Assembly (NCBI GenBank): GCA_965223545.1
Contig: OZ245006.1
Coordinates: 736,001-800,000 of the forward strand
Length of the DNA stretch: 64,000 nucleotides
Direction: 5' to 3'
Source: Planctomycetota bacterium
GTDB taxonomy: Bacteria > Planctomycetota > UBA1135 > UBA2386
Position numbers and translations under genes: made by a program. The notes beneath the pieces are model-generated. The model searched no databases. It had not been told where the DNA came from and saw nothing but the letters and a program-made list of their open reading frames with translations. How positions within the stretch are numbered: the stretch's first letter is position 1; every line of letters starts with the position of its first letter. Below are positions 1 through 9,012 of the stretch, one piece after another.

Positions 1-2
1 GG

Positions 3-2447
3 CGCGCTCTGCAGGACCCCGATCTGCAGGCGCAGATCAACGACGTCTTCGGCGTGCTGCTGCAGTACGCGGCGGCGATCCCGTTCAAGAACGTCGCCGG
101 CTGGCTCGGTCTCGATACGCCGCAGCGGCTGGTCGACGCGACCGGCCAGCCGCGCTACCAGCGCGTGCTGATGCGCGGCCACGAGGGACCGGTGCACACA
201 GCCATGCTGTCGCCCGACGGCGCGCGCCTGCTGACGCTGGGCGACGACCGCACCGCCCGCTTGTGGAACGTGCGCCCGCGCGACGTGCACGCCCCCGACG
301 ACACCCGCGAGGGCGTGCAGCTGCTGGAGATCGGCGCCGACGCCGCACTGACCGCAGCGGCGTTCTTCCCCGACGGGGAGGAGATCACGCTCGGCAGCGC
401 CGATGGCACGGCGCGCGTGTTCGCGCTGAAGAGCACCGCCAATGGCTCCGCCGTCGAAGCCACCGAGGTCCTGCGGCTCGACGGCCACGAGGGCGCGGTC
501 CGCCACGTCGCCTACTCCCCCGACGGCACCACCCTGCTGACCATCGACGCGGGCGGCCGAGCCCGCCGCTTCGACCGCGCTGGCGCGCTGATCGGGGAGC
601 CGGTGGCACTCACCGGTCACAGTGGCGACATCGTGCGCGTGCAGTGCGCCAACGACGGCATGCTGCTGACCGCCGCCGAGGGTGATGCCAACGCGCGGCT
701 GTGGAACTCCAGCTGGACCCCGGGCGCCGTGCTCGAGCTGGCCGATGCGGCCGCAGCCGCGGAGGCCGAGTTCGTCGACCGCGACGGTGCCACCGTCGTG
801 CGCACACCGGCGGCCGACAACCAGATCACCTACTTCGACACCAACGGCACGCCGCTGACGACCGAGGCCAGTGATCCGCCGGCTTTCACCGCCACGCTCG
901 AGGGCAACGACATCGCCCTGCAGGGCGCCGACGGCCAGGCGCTGACCCTCAGCGGCCACGACGCACCGATCACCCAGATGTTCTTCGGCGCGGATCACAC
1001 GCGCCTGATCAGTGCCTCGGCGGACGGCTCGGCGACGGTGTGGGAGTGGCTGGTGCGCGACCCGACTGGAGCGCTGGTGATCACCAACGTGCCGCTGGTG
1101 GTGATCTGGCTGGTCGTCGCCGCGATCGTGTTCACGATCTACATGCGGTTCGTCAACGTGCGCCTCTTCGGCCACGCGATCGCGGTGGTGCGCGGCAAGT
1201 ACGACGACCCCGACGACGAGGGCGAGGTCAGCCACTTCCAGGCGCTGTCCTCGGCGCTGTCGGGCACGGTCGGACTCGGAAATATCGCAGGGGTGGCGAT
1301 CGCCATCATGGTCGGCGGCCCGGGCGCCACCGTGTGGATGATCGTCGCCGGCTTGCTCGGCATGACCCTCAAGTTCACCGAGTGCACGCTGGGTCAGCGC
1401 TACCGCAAGGTCGACGAGGACGGCCACGTCTCCGGCGGCCCGATGCACTACCTGAAGGAGGGCCTCGACAAGCGCGGCCTGGGCTTCATCGGCGCGCCGC
1501 TGGCGGTGATCTTCACGCTGTTCTGCATCGGCGGCAGCCTCGCCGGTGGCAACAGCTTCCAAGTGAACCAGTCGCTGACGATCCTGGCCGAGCGCGTTCC
1601 CTACTTCAAGGACAACGGCTGGGTCTACGGCGCGATCATGGCCGTGTTCGTCGGCATCGTGATCATCGGCGGGATCAGGCGCATCGCGCAGACCGCCGAG
1701 CGCATCGTGCCGACGATGTGCGGCCTCTACCTGGTCGCCAGCCTGACGATCATCGTCTTCAACATCGAGCACGTGCCGGGCGCGTTCGCCGCCATCTTCG
1801 GCGGCGCGTTCACCGGCGAGGCGATGTACGGCGGCGCCCTAGGCGCGCTGATCATGGGCTTTCGGCGGGCGGCGTTCTCCAACGAGGCCGGCGTCGGATC
1901 GGCGTCGATCGCGCACTCCGCCGCGCGCACGCCGTATCCCGTGCGCGAGGGCATCGTCGCCCTGCTGGAGCCGTTCATCGACACGGTCGTGGTGTGCACG
2001 ATGACCGCGCTGGTGATCAACATCACCGAGGTGCACAAAATGCCGGAGCACGCCCACCTGGTGGCATCCACGCAGGGCGCGGCGCTGACGTCGGAGGCGT
2101 TCCAGACGGTCTCGTTCTTGGCCGGCTGGTTCCCCTGGGTGCTGATGGGCGCGGTGATCCTGTTCGCCTTCTCGACCATGATCACCTGGTCCTACTACGG
2201 CGAGCGCTGCTGGACGCACCTGTTCGGCACGCGATCGTCGATGGCCTACAAGCTGCTGTTCCTGCTGTTCGTCGTGCTCGGCTCGGTGATCCAGGCGACC
2301 AACATCCTCGAGTTCGGCGATCTGATGATCCTGCTGATGGCGTTCCCCAACATCGCCGGCCTGTACTTCCTGGGCTCGGAGGTGAAGGGTGAGCTGCGCG
2401 AGTACGAGGCCAAGCTGCACGGCAACCAGTTGAAGACCTACAAGTAG
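3..2447 (+). CDS. AGCS-family alanine/glycine:cation symporter with an inserted WD40 beta-propeller; 5'-truncated by the window edge
   Basis: Frame is open from base 3 (RALQDPDLQAQINDVFGVLLQY...). AGCS motifs SHFQALSSALSGTVGLGNIAGVA, GGPGATVWM, GGPMHYL, FSNEAGVGSASIAH, EPFIDTVVVCTMT. GH...W(N/E) WD40 repeats lie at about nt 171-1049. Confidence 0.9.
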   Translation, partial: RALQDPDLQAQINDVFGVLLQYAAAIPFKNVAGWLGLDTPQRLVDATGQPRYQRVLMRGHEGPVHTAMLSPDGARLLTLGDDRTARLWNVRPRDVHAPDDTREGVQLLEIGADAALTAAAFFPDGEEITLGSADGTARVFALKSTANGSAVEATEVLRLDGHEGAVRHVAYSPDGTTLLTIDAGGRARRFDRAGALIGEPVALTGHSGDIVRVQCANDGMLLTAAEGDANARLWNSSWTPGAVLELADAAAAAEAEFVDRDGATVVRTPAADNQITYFDTNGTPLTTEASDPPAFTATLEGNDIALQGADGQALTLSGHDAPITQMFFGADHTRLISASADGSATVWEWLVRDPTGALVITNVPLVVIWLVVAAIVFTIYMRFVNVRLFGHAIAVVRGKYDDPDDEGEVSHFQALSSALSGTVGLGNIAGVAIAIMVGGPGATVWMIVAGLLGMTLKFTECTLGQRYRKVDEDGHVSGGPMHYLKEGLDKRGLGFIGAPLAVIFTLFCIGGSLAGGNSFQVNQSLTILAERVPYFKDNGWVYGAIMAVFVGIVIIGGIRRIAQTAERIVPTMCGLYLVASLTIIVFNIEHVPGAFAAIFGGAFTGEAMYGGALGALIMGFRRAAFSNEAGVGSASIAHSAARTPYPVREGIVALLEPFIDTVVVCTMTALVINITEVHKMPEHAHLVASTQGAALTSEAFQTVSFLAGWFPWVLMGAVILFAFSTMITWSYYGERCWTHLFGTRSSMAYKLLFLLFVVLGSVIQATNILEFGDLMILLMAFPNIAGLYFLGSEVKGELREYEAKLHGNQLKTYK

Positions 2448-2484
2448 GTGCGGGCGCGGCCAGCGCTCGAGAAGCAAGAACGCC

Positions 2485-4221
2485 ATGAGCGGATCGCGGT
2501 TTCCCCATTCCCTCGCCCTGATCATGGCGATGATCGTGGCCGCGCAGCTGCTCGGCTACGTCTTGCCGGCTGGGCGCTATGCGGTCGACGTCGAGACGGA
2601 GGAAGTCAAAGAGGACGCCCGCACGCTGACGCTGCCGGCGGGCTCGAAAGCTCTGGTGCCGGACGAGCTGGTCCTGCTCCTGCCCGGCGGAGGCTCGATC
2701 GACCTGCCGGGCGGCCTGTCGGTCGCGTGCGGGGACGCGCCGCCGATCACACTGCCCGAGCAACGCACGCTGCAGGCCGATGGCCTGCGCTACGAGGCGA
2801 CGGTCGAGGAGCTGAAGATCGGCGGCGAGACCTACCAGCTACCGAGAGACGGGGTGCTGCGCTTGCCCCAGGCCGTGGTGCGGCCGCGTGGCAGCTCGCA
2901 GCTGCTGGTGTTTCAGGGCGAGGCCATCGAGCTGCCCGAGGGCACGCAACGCGTCACGCCCAGCAGAAAGATCAAGCCGGGCACCTACGCGCAGGTCGAC
3001 GCCGATCCCTTGCCGTGGCACGCGTCCCTGTCGCGCGTGTCCACCGGCCTGGAGGCCGCGGCGGACATCATCTTCTTCGTGTTTCTGGTCGGCGGGGTCA
3101 TCGCCGTGCTGCGCGCCACCGGCGCGATCGACGCCCTGATCGCGCTCGCCATCCGTGCGCTCGGCGGCAACCCCCTGCTGCTGGTCGGCGGCATGATGAC
3201 CGTGTTCGCAGTCGGCTCGTCGACGATCGGCATGGCCGAGGAGTACATGCCGTTCATCCCGGTCCTCGTCGCGATGTGCCTCGCGCTCAAGCTGGACGCG
3301 ATGGTGGCGCTCGGCATCGTCTACGTCGGTGCCGGCGTCGGCTACGGTTGTGCCGCGATCAATCCGTTCACCGTCGCGATCGCCAAGGACATCGCAGGCG
3401 AACCCCTCCTGCAAGGTGCTGGCGCGCGCTGGGCACTGTTGGCGGTGTTACTCGCCGTCGGCACCCACCACGTGCTGCGCTACGCGCGGCGCGTGGCCGC
3501 GGATCCCAGCCGCAGCCTGGTCGGCGACGTCGACTACTCGAGCGGCTACGACATGCCAGAGGACACCGCGATGACCGGCCGGCGCGTCGCGATCCTGACG
3601 GTGTTCGCCGCCGGCATCGCGCTGTTCGTCTACGGCGTCAGCGAGTGGGAGTGGTTCCTGAAGGAGCTGGCGACCGTGTTTCTCGCCACCGGCCTCCTCG
3701 CCGCAGTGATCGGCCGCCTGTCCCCCAACAAGGTGTGCGAGCGCTTCTGCAGCGGAGCCGCCGAACTCACCACCACCGCCCTACTGATCGGCTTCGCGCG
3801 CACGATCCAGGTGATCTTCGACGAAGCAGCCGTGACCCACACCATCATCGACGGCATCGCCGCCGGCCTCGACCAGCTCGGTCCGCAGCTGGCCGCTCTC
3901 GGCATGCTCGTGGTGCAGAGCGTGTGCAATCTGCTGATCCCCTCGGGCAGCGGCCAGGCCTACGTCACCATGCCGATCATGGCGCCGATCGCCGACCTCA
4001 CCGGCGTCGGCCGCGAGACCGCGGTGTTCGCGTACCAGTTCGGCGACGGCTTCACCAACATGATCGTGCCGACCAACGCCCTGCTGATGGGCATGCTGGG
4101 CCTCGGCAAGGTGCCCTACCAGCGCTGGCTGCGGTTCATCCTGCCCCTGATGCTCAAGATCTACATCGTCGCGGCGGTGTTCTTGTGGTTCTCGGTCGAC
4201 TGGTTCGCGGCGCCCCAGTGA
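2485..4221 (+). CDS. YfcC/DcuC-like (basic amino acid antiporter family) membrane transporter with an enlarged first loop
   Basis: FPHSLALI N-terminus, GMAEEYMPF, INPFTVAIA, IPSGSGQAYVTMPIMAP, AYQFGDGFTNMIVPT; many hydrophobic helices. Confidence 0.85.
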   Translation: MSGSRFPHSLALIMAMIVAAQLLGYVLPAGRYAVDVETEEVKEDARTLTLPAGSKALVPDELVLLLPGGGSIDLPGGLSVACGDAPPITLPEQRTLQADGLRYEATVEELKIGGETYQLPRDGVLRLPQAVVRPRGSSQLLVFQGEAIELPEGTQRVTPSRKIKPGTYAQVDADPLPWHASLSRVSTGLEAAADIIFFVFLVGGVIAVLRATGAIDALIALAIRALGGNPLLLVGGMMTVFAVGSSTIGMAEEYMPFIPVLVAMCLALKLDAMVALGIVYVGAGVGYGCAAINPFTVAIAKDIAGEPLLQGAGARWALLAVLLAVGTHHVLRYARRVAADPSRSLVGDVDYSSGYDMPEDTAMTGRRVAILTVFAAGIALFVYGVSEWEWFLKELATVFLATGLLAAVIGRLSPNKVCERFCSGAAELTTTALLIGFARTIQVIFDEAAVTHTIIDGIAAGLDQLGPQLAALGMLVVQSVCNLLIPSGSGQAYVTMPIMAPIADLTGVGRETAVFAYQFGDGFTNMIVPTNALLMGMLGLGKVPYQRWLRFILPLMLKIYIVAAVFLWFSVDWFAAPQ

Positions 4222-4874
4222 GCGCGTCGCGGGCCGAGCAGCTGCGGCGCCGCGCGGAGGCGCTGCGCGCTCCCCTGTCCGCCACCGCCGCGGATCTGCT
4301 GGTCCGCTACGTCGACGCGATGCTCGCTCTCAACCGCACGGTCAACCTGACCGCGATCCGCGACCCCGACGCCGCCGACGTGCTGCACGCCCTCGACGCG
4401 GCTGCGTGCGGTGCGCTGGCGCTGCGGCCAGCCCGCGTCCTCGATCTCGGCAGCGGCAACGGCTTTCCCGGCGTCGCCGTCGCGGCGCTCCACCCCGGTG
4501 CAGAGGTCACTCTGCTGGAGCGGACACAGAAGAAGGCGCGCGCACTCGAAGCGCTGACCGCGACCGTCGGCCTCGCCAACACCCGCGTGCTCGCCCTCGA
4601 CGCCGCCCAGGCACCAACCCTGCTGCCCGCGCTGCGCACGGCATTCGACGTGATCACCGCGCGCGCGGTGGCGGCGCCGGCGCAGGTCGCCAAGCTCGCC
4701 CAACCCCTGCTGACACGCGATGGCCAGCTGGTGCTGTGGCTCGACGCCGACGCCAGCGTGGCAGAACTCCGCGGCTGGCGCGTCCGCGAGCAGCGCTACC
4801 GGCTGCCCGAACCGTGTGCGCGCACGCGCCGATTGGCGGTGCTGCGCCCCTCGCTCAGCGGGCGAGGAAGGTGA
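4218..4874 (+). CDS. rsmG: 16S rRNA m7G527 methyltransferase
   Basis: NRTVNLTAIRD, LDLGSGNGFPG, ERTQKK, FDVITARAVA. GTG start overlaps the upstream TGA. Confidence 0.9.
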   Translation: MSASRAEQLRRRAEALRAPLSATAADLLVRYVDAMLALNRTVNLTAIRDPDAADVLHALDAAACGALALRPARVLDLGSGNGFPGVAVAALHPGAEVTLLERTQKKARALEALTATVGLANTRVLALDAAQAPTLLPALRTAFDVITARAVAAPAQVAKLAQPLLTRDGQLVLWLDADASVAELRGWRVREQRYRLPEPCARTRRLAVLRPSLSGRGR

Positions 4875-5199
4875 TGCCGAACTTGCCGGTGTGCTCGATC
4901 AGGTTCGAGTCGGTGGCGTAGTTGACCGCCGGGTCGAACTCGGAGTAGCCGAACAGGTGCCGGTCCAGGGTGTTCTGGATGTCGGTCAGGCCGTTGCCGA
5001 AGGCGTTGATGCGGCCATCGCGGCGCGCGCGCACGCCGGCCCAGAACTTCTCGGTCTCGTAGTTGCGGACCAAGGCATCGATGTCCTTGATGCCGCGCGC
5101 CTGCTGGTCGCCGGTGAGGCCAGCGCCCTGACCCTGCCAGGTGAACGTGCTGCACGAGGCCATCAGGGCGAGCGGAAGGAGGAAGGCGAGTTTGCGCAT
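4855..5199 (-). CDS. Small hypothetical lipoprotein (114 aa)
   Basis: MRKLAFLLPLALMASC signal peptide with lipobox; normal globular composition. Its stop overlaps the 3' end of rsmG. Confidence 0.7.
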   Translation of the reverse strand: MRKLAFLLPLALMASCSTFTWQGQGAGLTGDQQARGIKDIDALVRNYETEKFWAGVRARRDGRINAFGNGLTDIQNTLDRHLFGYSEFDPAVNYATDSNLIEHTGKFGITFLAR

Positions 5200-5410
5200 G
5201 CTGCTTTCTCGAACTCGAGTTGGGACGGGCGGTCGCGGCGGCCCGGCCGTCGTCCGACGGCCAAACCTTGGGCTGGGAGCCGAACGGGGCAAGTCCGGCG
5301 CCGAACCGCGCCAAGCGGTGGCGGAAGTTAGCTGTGCCCCACCCCGGAGGCAAGCGTTTTGACCGCCTCTTTGCAGCCGCGAGAGCCGCGCGGTACGTTC
5401 CGACGTCACC

Positions 5411-6700
5411 ATGAGCCGAAGGCCAGCCCCACGCGGCACCGAGGACCTGCTGCCGGAGCGTATCCCCTTCTACGAACACGTCTTCGGCTCTTGCCGTCAA
5501 GTGCTCGAGCGGGCCGCGTACCGCGAGATCCGCACCCCGCTGTTCGAGGACACCAGTCTGTTCGTGCGCTCGTTGGGCGAAGACACCGACGTCGTCGCCA
5601 AGGAGATGTTCACCGCGACCCGCGGCGACACCAGCGTGACGTTTCGGCCGGAGGGAACCGCCTCGGTGGTGCGCGCCTACCTGTCGCACAACCTCGACAA
5701 GACCCGCGCCTTCCAGAAGCTCTACTACATGGGGCCGATGTTCCGCTTCGAGCGGCCGCAGGCCGGCCGGCAGCGGCAGTTCTACCAGATCGGGATCGAG
5801 GCGCTGGGCGCCGCCGATCCACGCCTCGATGCCGAGGTCGCCGCCCTGGCGATGGACTGCTTCGCCGCGATCGGCGTCGCCAACGTCCACCTGCACTTGA
5901 ACAGCATCGGCGACAAAGAGGATCGGCAGGTCTACCGCGAGGTGCTGCGAGCCTTCTTCGAGCCGATCCTGGCGGAGCGCTGCGACGACTGCCGCAGCCG
6001 GTTTGCGCGCAACGTCTTCCGCATGCTCGACTGCAAGCAGCCGCAGTGCCAGGCGAGCAACGCCGCCGCCCCCCACGTGCTCGACCACCTGACGCCGAAG
6101 AGCGCGGAGCGGTTCGCGACGACGCGCGGCGCCCTCGAGGACTTGGGCGTGCCGTATCGGATCGACCACGGCATCGTCCGCGGCCTCGACTACTACACCC
6201 ATACGGTCTTCGAAGTGCGCTGCCCCGATCTGGGTGCGCGCGACGCGATCTGCGGCGGCGGCCGCTACGACCACCTGATCGGTGACCTCGGCGGCCCGGA
6301 CCTCGGCGCGGTCGGCTTCGCCATCGGCGTCACCCCGACCCTGCTCGCCCTCGAGCTGCAGGGGCACGGTGCTGCGGCGGAAGCTCCCGCGGCGCTCTCG
6401 ATCTTCGTCGCCCCGGTGAAGGACGCGCAGCGCGGCGCCGCGTTCGCGCTGGTGCACCGCCTGCGCGCGGCCGGTCTGCAAGCCGACACCGACTACGAGG
6501 GCAAGAGCCTCAAGGCCATGTTCAAGGCGGCCAACAAGCGCGGCGCCAAGCTTCTCCTGGTGCTCGGTGAAGACGAGGTCGCCAACGGCCAGGTACAGGT
6601 CAAGGACTTCGGCAGTGGCGACGAGCAGCGGCTGCCGGCGGGCGATGGTCTCGCGGCCGCGTTGGCCGAGCGGTTGGCGGCGGCAGCGGCGGACGGCTGA
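5411..6700 (+). CDS. hisS: Histidine--tRNA ligase
   Basis: PRGTEDLLP, RPEGTASVVRA, MFRFERPQAGRQRQFYQIG, VRGLDYYT, GGGRYD; anticodon-binding C-terminus. Confidence 0.97.
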   Translation: MSRRPAPRGTEDLLPERIPFYEHVFGSCRQVLERAAYREIRTPLFEDTSLFVRSLGEDTDVVAKEMFTATRGDTSVTFRPEGTASVVRAYLSHNLDKTRAFQKLYYMGPMFRFERPQAGRQRQFYQIGIEALGAADPRLDAEVAALAMDCFAAIGVANVHLHLNSIGDKEDRQVYREVLRAFFEPILAERCDDCRSRFARNVFRMLDCKQPQCQASNAAAPHVLDHLTPKSAERFATTRGALEDLGVPYRIDHGIVRGLDYYTHTVFEVRCPDLGARDAICGGGRYDHLIGDLGGPDLGAVGFAIGVTPTLLALELQGHGAAAEAPAALSIFVAPVKDAQRGAAFALVHRLRAAGLQADTDYEGKSLKAMFKAANKRGAKLLLVLGEDEVANGQVQVKDFGSGDEQRLPAGDGLAAALAERLAAAAADG

Positions 6701-6705
6701 CGGCG

Positions 6706-7344
6706 GTGGCCCACACCGACCAGACCGCACCGCTGTGCCTGTTCGGCGGCGCGTTCGATCCGCCCCACACGAGCCACGCACGGCTGATCCGCACCGCACT
6801 GGACCGCTTGCCCATCGATCGGCTGATCGTGCTGCCGTCCGGCCTCCACCCGCACAAGCGCCACCGCGGCGCGGTCGACCCATCGGTCCGGGTCGAGCTG
6901 TGCCGGTTGGCCTTCGGCGACATCGAGGGGGTGCGCGTCGACGACTGGGACGCGCGCCAGCCCGAGCCGTGCTACACGGTGGAGACTCTGCAGCACTTTC
7001 GAGAATACGAGACCGCCGGCCGGCGTCCCTACTGGTTGATCGGTGCCGACAATCTGCGGCTGCTGCCGTCGTGGCACCGGCACCACGACGTGCTGCGGAT
7101 GGCGGTGCTAGTGACCTTTCCGCGCGCTGGATACCCGGTGGATCCCTCCGTGCTCGACACGCTCGAACTGACCGCAACGGAGCGGCGTGAGCTCAAGGCC
7201 CACGTGCTCGACGGCGAACCCGACGGCGTTTCGGCGACCGACATCCGCGCCCGCCTGCGGCGCGGCGAAGCCACCCAGGACCTGTTGCACCCCGCGGTCG
7301 AGGCCCGCATCCGCGCGCTCGGCTTGTACGGAGCCGGCGGATGA
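6706..7344 (+). CDS. nadD: Nicotinate-nucleotide adenylyltransferase
   Basis: FGGAFDPPHTSH (HxGH variant), YTVETL, LIGADN, SATDIR, GLY C-terminus. Confidence 0.88.
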   Translation: MAHTDQTAPLCLFGGAFDPPHTSHARLIRTALDRLPIDRLIVLPSGLHPHKRHRGAVDPSVRVELCRLAFGDIEGVRVDDWDARQPEPCYTVETLQHFREYETAGRRPYWLIGADNLRLLPSWHRHHDVLRMAVLVTFPRAGYPVDPSVLDTLELTATERRELKAHVLDGEPDGVSATDIRARLRRGEATQDLLHPAVEARIRALGLYGAGG

Positions 7345-8180
7345 ACGCCGCCGCCGGGCTGCTGCTCGGCGCCGGCGTGCTGCTGGTCGCCCTGTTCGTC
7401 AACCGCGCGCTGTGGGGCTTCTTGCCGTACGATCCGCCGGGCGGCACCCGCAAGCGCCACGCGCAGCCGCTGCCGATGGTCGGGGTCGTGCTCGGCGGCG
7501 TCGCCACCGTCATGCTGGCGATGGACGGCACCATCTGGCTCGCGCTCGGGGCCTTTTTGACCACCCTCTGCGGCTGGCTCGACGACCGGCGCAAGGAACG
7601 CGGTGGCGAGCTGGCGGTCGGCACCAAGGCCGGCCTGTTGCTGGTCGCCGCCGCGCTCGCCATCGCTTCGCTGTACGGGACCGCGCTCGACTGGCACATG
7701 TGGCTGCTCGCCACGCTGCTCGTGTTCGCGATCACCAACGCCCTCAACTTCCTCGACAACACCGACGGCGTCGCCGCCGCGGTCGGCGGTCTCGGCCTGG
7801 TGTTGGCCACCGAGGGCCACGGCACGCTGGCCTGGATCGGCTACGCCTTCTTGGCGTTCCTGCCGTTCAACTGGCCGCGCGCGCGGGCGCTGCTCGGCGA
7901 CGCCGGCGCGCTCGTGCTCGGCTACGTGCTGGCGATCACCGCGTTCGGCCGCGGCCTCGAGCGCGACGTCGTGCACTGGACCGCGCTGTTCGCCCCGGTG
8001 GCGATCCCGCTGATCGACTTGGTGCAAGTCGTCTGCGCGCGCCTGATCCTCGGCTTCGCACCGTGGGTCGGCGACCGCCGCCACCTGACGCACATCGCGA
8101 TGAACACGGGCGTGCCGCAGGTGCTGGTCGCGCCGCTGTTCGCCGCCGCCGGCGCCGGTCTGTTCGCCTGGCTGCGCTGA
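7341..8180 (+). CDS. Polyprenyl-phosphate N-acetylhexosamine-1-phosphate transferase (WecA/TagO/MraY superfamily)
   Basis: GWLDDR, TNALNFLDNTDG, LGDAGA, DRRHLTH; multi-TM. Confidence 0.8.
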   Translation: MNAAAGLLLGAGVLLVALFVNRALWGFLPYDPPGGTRKRHAQPLPMVGVVLGGVATVMLAMDGTIWLALGAFLTTLCGWLDDRRKERGGELAVGTKAGLLLVAAALAIASLYGTALDWHMWLLATLLVFAITNALNFLDNTDGVAAAVGGLGLVLATEGHGTLAWIGYAFLAFLPFNWPRARALLGDAGALVLGYVLAITAFGRGLERDVVHWTALFAPVAIPLIDLVQVVCARLILGFAPWVGDRRHLTHIAMNTGVPQVLVAPLFAAAGAGLFAWLR

Positions 8181-8232
8181 CCCCGGTGACGGCGCGCCCG
8201 ATCCGGCTACGATCGGTGGTGCACCGACCCGC

Positions 8233-9012
8233 ATGAGCAACCATCCCGACGGTCCCGTACGGCTCGAGTCCCTTGACGACGGCCGTCTCTGGCGCGTGGT
8301 CCTCGACCGCCCCCCGCACAACCACCTCGACGACGAGATGGTCGCCGCACTGACCGACGTGTTTCGGCGCGCGAAAGAGGCGGCGCCGCTGCGCGCGGTG
8401 GTGTTGGTCGCCAACGGCCCACACTTCTCCCTCGGCGCCGATCCGCACACGCTGCTGCCGGAGCGCGCCGCGCAGACGATCCCGCGCTTCCTCGACTTGA
8501 TCCGCGCGGTGCTCGACGCACCGGTGTTCCGCGCGGCGGTCCTGCACGGCGACTGCATGGGTCGCGGGCTGGAGCTGGCGCGGGTCTGCAACCGCGTCTA
8601 CGCCGCGCCGGACGCACGGGTCGGTCTGCCGGAGATCCAGATGGGCGTGCTGCCGCCGGTGGCCTCGATCGTCCTGCCCGAGCGCATCGGCCGCGGCGCC
8701 GCCGCCGAGCTGTGCGCCACCGGCTACGTCAAGAACGCGCAGGAGGCCAGCTGGATGGCGCTGGTCGACCACGCCGTCGAGGACCCCGAGCCGTTCGCGC
8801 TGAAGGAGATCCGCCACTTCCTGCTGCCGCTGTCGGCCTCGAGCTTGGCCCTCGCGCTGCGCGCCGTCGACCTCGGCTTTCGCGATCGGGTGCTGCGCGG
8901 CCTCGACGCGGTCGAGCGGCTCTACCTCGACGAGCTGGTGCACACGCAAGACGCCGTCGAAGGCGTCCGCGCAAGGCTGGAGCAGCGCGCGCCGCAGTGG
9001 CGCGACCGGTGA
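8233..9012 (+). CDS. Enoyl-CoA hydratase/isomerase (cyclohexa-1,5-dienecarbonyl-CoA hydratase-like)
   Basis: FSLGAD, GRGLELA, LPEIQMGVLPP, LYLDELVHTQDAVEG...P.W C-terminus. Confidence 0.8.
   Translation: MSNHPDGPVRLESLDDGRLWRVVLDRPPHNHLDDEMVAALTDVFRRAKEAAPLRAVVLVANGPHFSLGADPHTLLPERAAQTIPRFLDLIRAVLDAPVFRAAVLHGDCMGRGLELARVCNRVYAAPDARVGLPEIQMGVLPPVASIVLPERIGRGAAAELCATGYVKNAQEASWMALVDHAVEDPEPFALKEIRHFLLPLSASSLALALRAVDLGFRDRVLRGLDAVERLYLDELVHTQDAVEGVRARLEQRAPQWRDR

Noticed and set aside
6706..6790. NadD HxGH motif reads HTSH
   Set aside because: Single substitution with the other motifs intact; not enough to claim altered function.
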